A stretch of DNA of 64,000 nucleotides from Glaucostegus cemiculus (Eukaryota), in assembly GCA_976551045.1 (NCBI GenBank), contig CDPCPM010000022.1:4836001-4900000 (forward strand), in the 5' to 3' direction. Shown here piece by piece: positions 62,311-64,000 of the stretch. The translations under genes and the position numbers were made by a program. Positions within the stretch are counted from its first letter, which is position 1. Each line of letters starts with the position of its first letter. Below the pieces are notes generated by a model. That model was not told the origin of the DNA. It did no database searches and worked only from the letters and a program-made list of their open reading frames with translations.

Positions 62311-62418
62311 AACAACCAATTCATCCCCCACCATTGCCTCTCTCGACACATCTTTTACCTCTATTTGCTTTCAATCTGATATTCAAGAGAGGCAACAGTG
62401 GTGGATGAATTGGTTGTT
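62311..62418. repeat. 36-bp inverted repeat (4 mismatches) with 36-nt spacer
   Basis: Arms at 62311-62346 and 62383-62418. Confidence 0.9.
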
Positions 62419-63439
62419 AATAATGTGAATGTTGAAGTAGTCTCCATGGGATGGACTTTCAACCAACACCTGTGAGTAAGAGTGGCACTGAGACTTGACC
62501 AGACATTACAGAAACTTCTGAATTTCCACCTCCTTTGATACTGATTTAATAATTAGACATTAATTCTCCCACTTGTTTCCAGGTGCAGCCACCAAGGGCA
62601 GGATGTAGGTGAGAAAGAGGATCTTCTTGGACTCTGAAACTAATCCCATTGGGCAAATAAAAAGATCCATCAGTTTGTCTGTCATCAGATAGGTGGGGAT
62701 AGGACTGAATGAAGGCTGTACTTATTTCATAATGTGATGTACAGCCTCATTGAAGCCACACTCTCACATCACTTTGTCATAAGTCGTATCACTTTGAGTT
62801 GGTTATATTCTGAGAGATTCTCAGAGCTAACGGTGCAGACCTTGCTCTGTGATGCCCAACTGATAACTGGTAGGTGCTGCTCAAAGAAATAAGAACAAAA
62901 GAAAATAACAAGAGTGCCAGGCTACCAGCACTTTAACTCTGAAATATTGAGGAAGAAATCATTTGATTCCCACACTTTAGCAGCCATCTGCGGTGATATG
63001 TCTTCCTCTTATTCCTGATTTAATTAGAACCCAACAGCTATTATTGCCTCCAATTTTTCTTGTGGTAGTTTTCAATGACAATCAATCATTGTTGCTAAAG
63101 GTTCCAATAGGAACTATCAAATGTAAATTAATCAAATTGAACAGGACAACCAATAATAACATTGCTTTCTCAAATTGCCTTAAAACATAAGTTACAAATT
63201 TAATATTTTGACAAGTTTCATATTTCTACAATATAAAATTTTAAACGGCTATTTCTAAATTCTTACATTTGCATAAACTTTTTTTGGTTTCACTTGACAG
63301 CCAGAGCAAGGCTGAGGAATTTGAAACACTTCATTGTTTATGCTCCATTTTTTCTAGAACAAATTTCAGGTTCAAGTTGCTGATGCAGTGTACAGAACTG
63401 AACATTGTATTAGATTTAATGAGACAAACTTGTGTCTTA

Positions 63440-64000
63440 TTCACAAAAACTCGTCAATTCGCCACTCTGCTGTAATAGTACAGAACCGTGCTTAGGCACA
63501 GGTGTCTCATTAATGTGCGTGTTCACTCTTCACTTTCCTGTCTGCTTCTATGAATGCTTTTCTCACAGTATACAGACCACATTCAGTTTATCATCAGGAG
63601 CTATGGTGAAATGGTTCCAAACAATACAAGGCTTTTCCCTATTGAAAGATGTCTAAGTTCAGAGAACGGAAATGGCAGGAGTGATGAACCCACCAGTGGT
63701 TTTTCTGTTCGTCTGTGTGTGGTAACTTTCATCTGAGTCAGATTCAGAGTCAGATGACTGGGAATAAGTCTCAGATGATAGCACTGTCTGAGACTCAAAC
63801 ACACAGAGACTGTGTCAGTTCCAAATGATAATGCAACCTCAGCAGAATCAGCACCAGTGGAATTGAGGCGAACAGGCGAACAGCCTGGGTAGCCTTTGTG
63901 TGGGACGCAGCAGCTTTGCCATAATCATCAGCCACTGGGAGTGCTGTAGAATAGTATTTCTGCAGGTGTTGTTTAAATGGGCTCCCTTCCAAGTGACTTT
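63440..64000 (-). pseudogene. Tandem BED zinc-finger (ZBED4/ZBED6-like, hAT-derived) pseudogene; continues beyond the window
   Basis: Across frameshifts: SHLEGSPFKQHLQK, a Ser/acidic linker (SSDSESDSDES), then IVWNHFTIAPDDKLNVVC-YCEKSIHRSR...TLMRHL-KHGSVLLQQSG. Confidence 0.75.

Noticed and set aside
63729-63795. Two short adjacent hairpins
   Set aside because: By-product of repetitive Ser/Asp/Glu codons (TCAGA/TCTGA) in the BED linker.
63860-63960. Harbinger transposase motif (STALPVA...LFAS)
   Set aside because: Flanking BED-finger motifs explain the region better, and LFAS arises from an 8-bp duplication.
1-64000. CRISPR array, operon or other prokaryotic/viral system
   Set aside because: No regularly spaced repeats and no gene-dense segment; CpG-depleted vertebrate repeat landscape throughout.

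Overview
This is AT-rich vertebrate genomic DNA, most likely from a cartilaginous fish. That assignment is inferred from the repeat families: CR1, V-domain and Deu-domain SINEs, Rex/Babar, RTE, L1/Tx1 and Penelope termini. I find no intact host gene, rRNA, true tRNA or CRISPR array. The window reads as intronic or intergenic sequence dominated by truncated, often nested retroelements, and nearly all ORFs in the track are repeat remnants or chance ORFs. There is one 161-nt assembly gap. Reading across frameshifts reveals several old elements the ORF track hides: a tandem BED zinc-finger (ZBED4/ZBED6-like hAT) pseudogene running off the right end, a two-ORF Harbinger relic (Myb/SANT ORF plus convergent transposase), a Penelope RT/GIY-YIG relic and a piggyBac relic. 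Structural oddities include hammerhead-ribozyme remnants in Penelope termini, fold-back hairpins, a 40-bp target-site duplication, a same-site tandem Tx1 insertion and a duplication with a micro-inversion. Family assignments come from motif recognition by eye, not database searches, and most boundaries are approximate. I cannot support a claim of a new biological system; the best leads are listed as findings.
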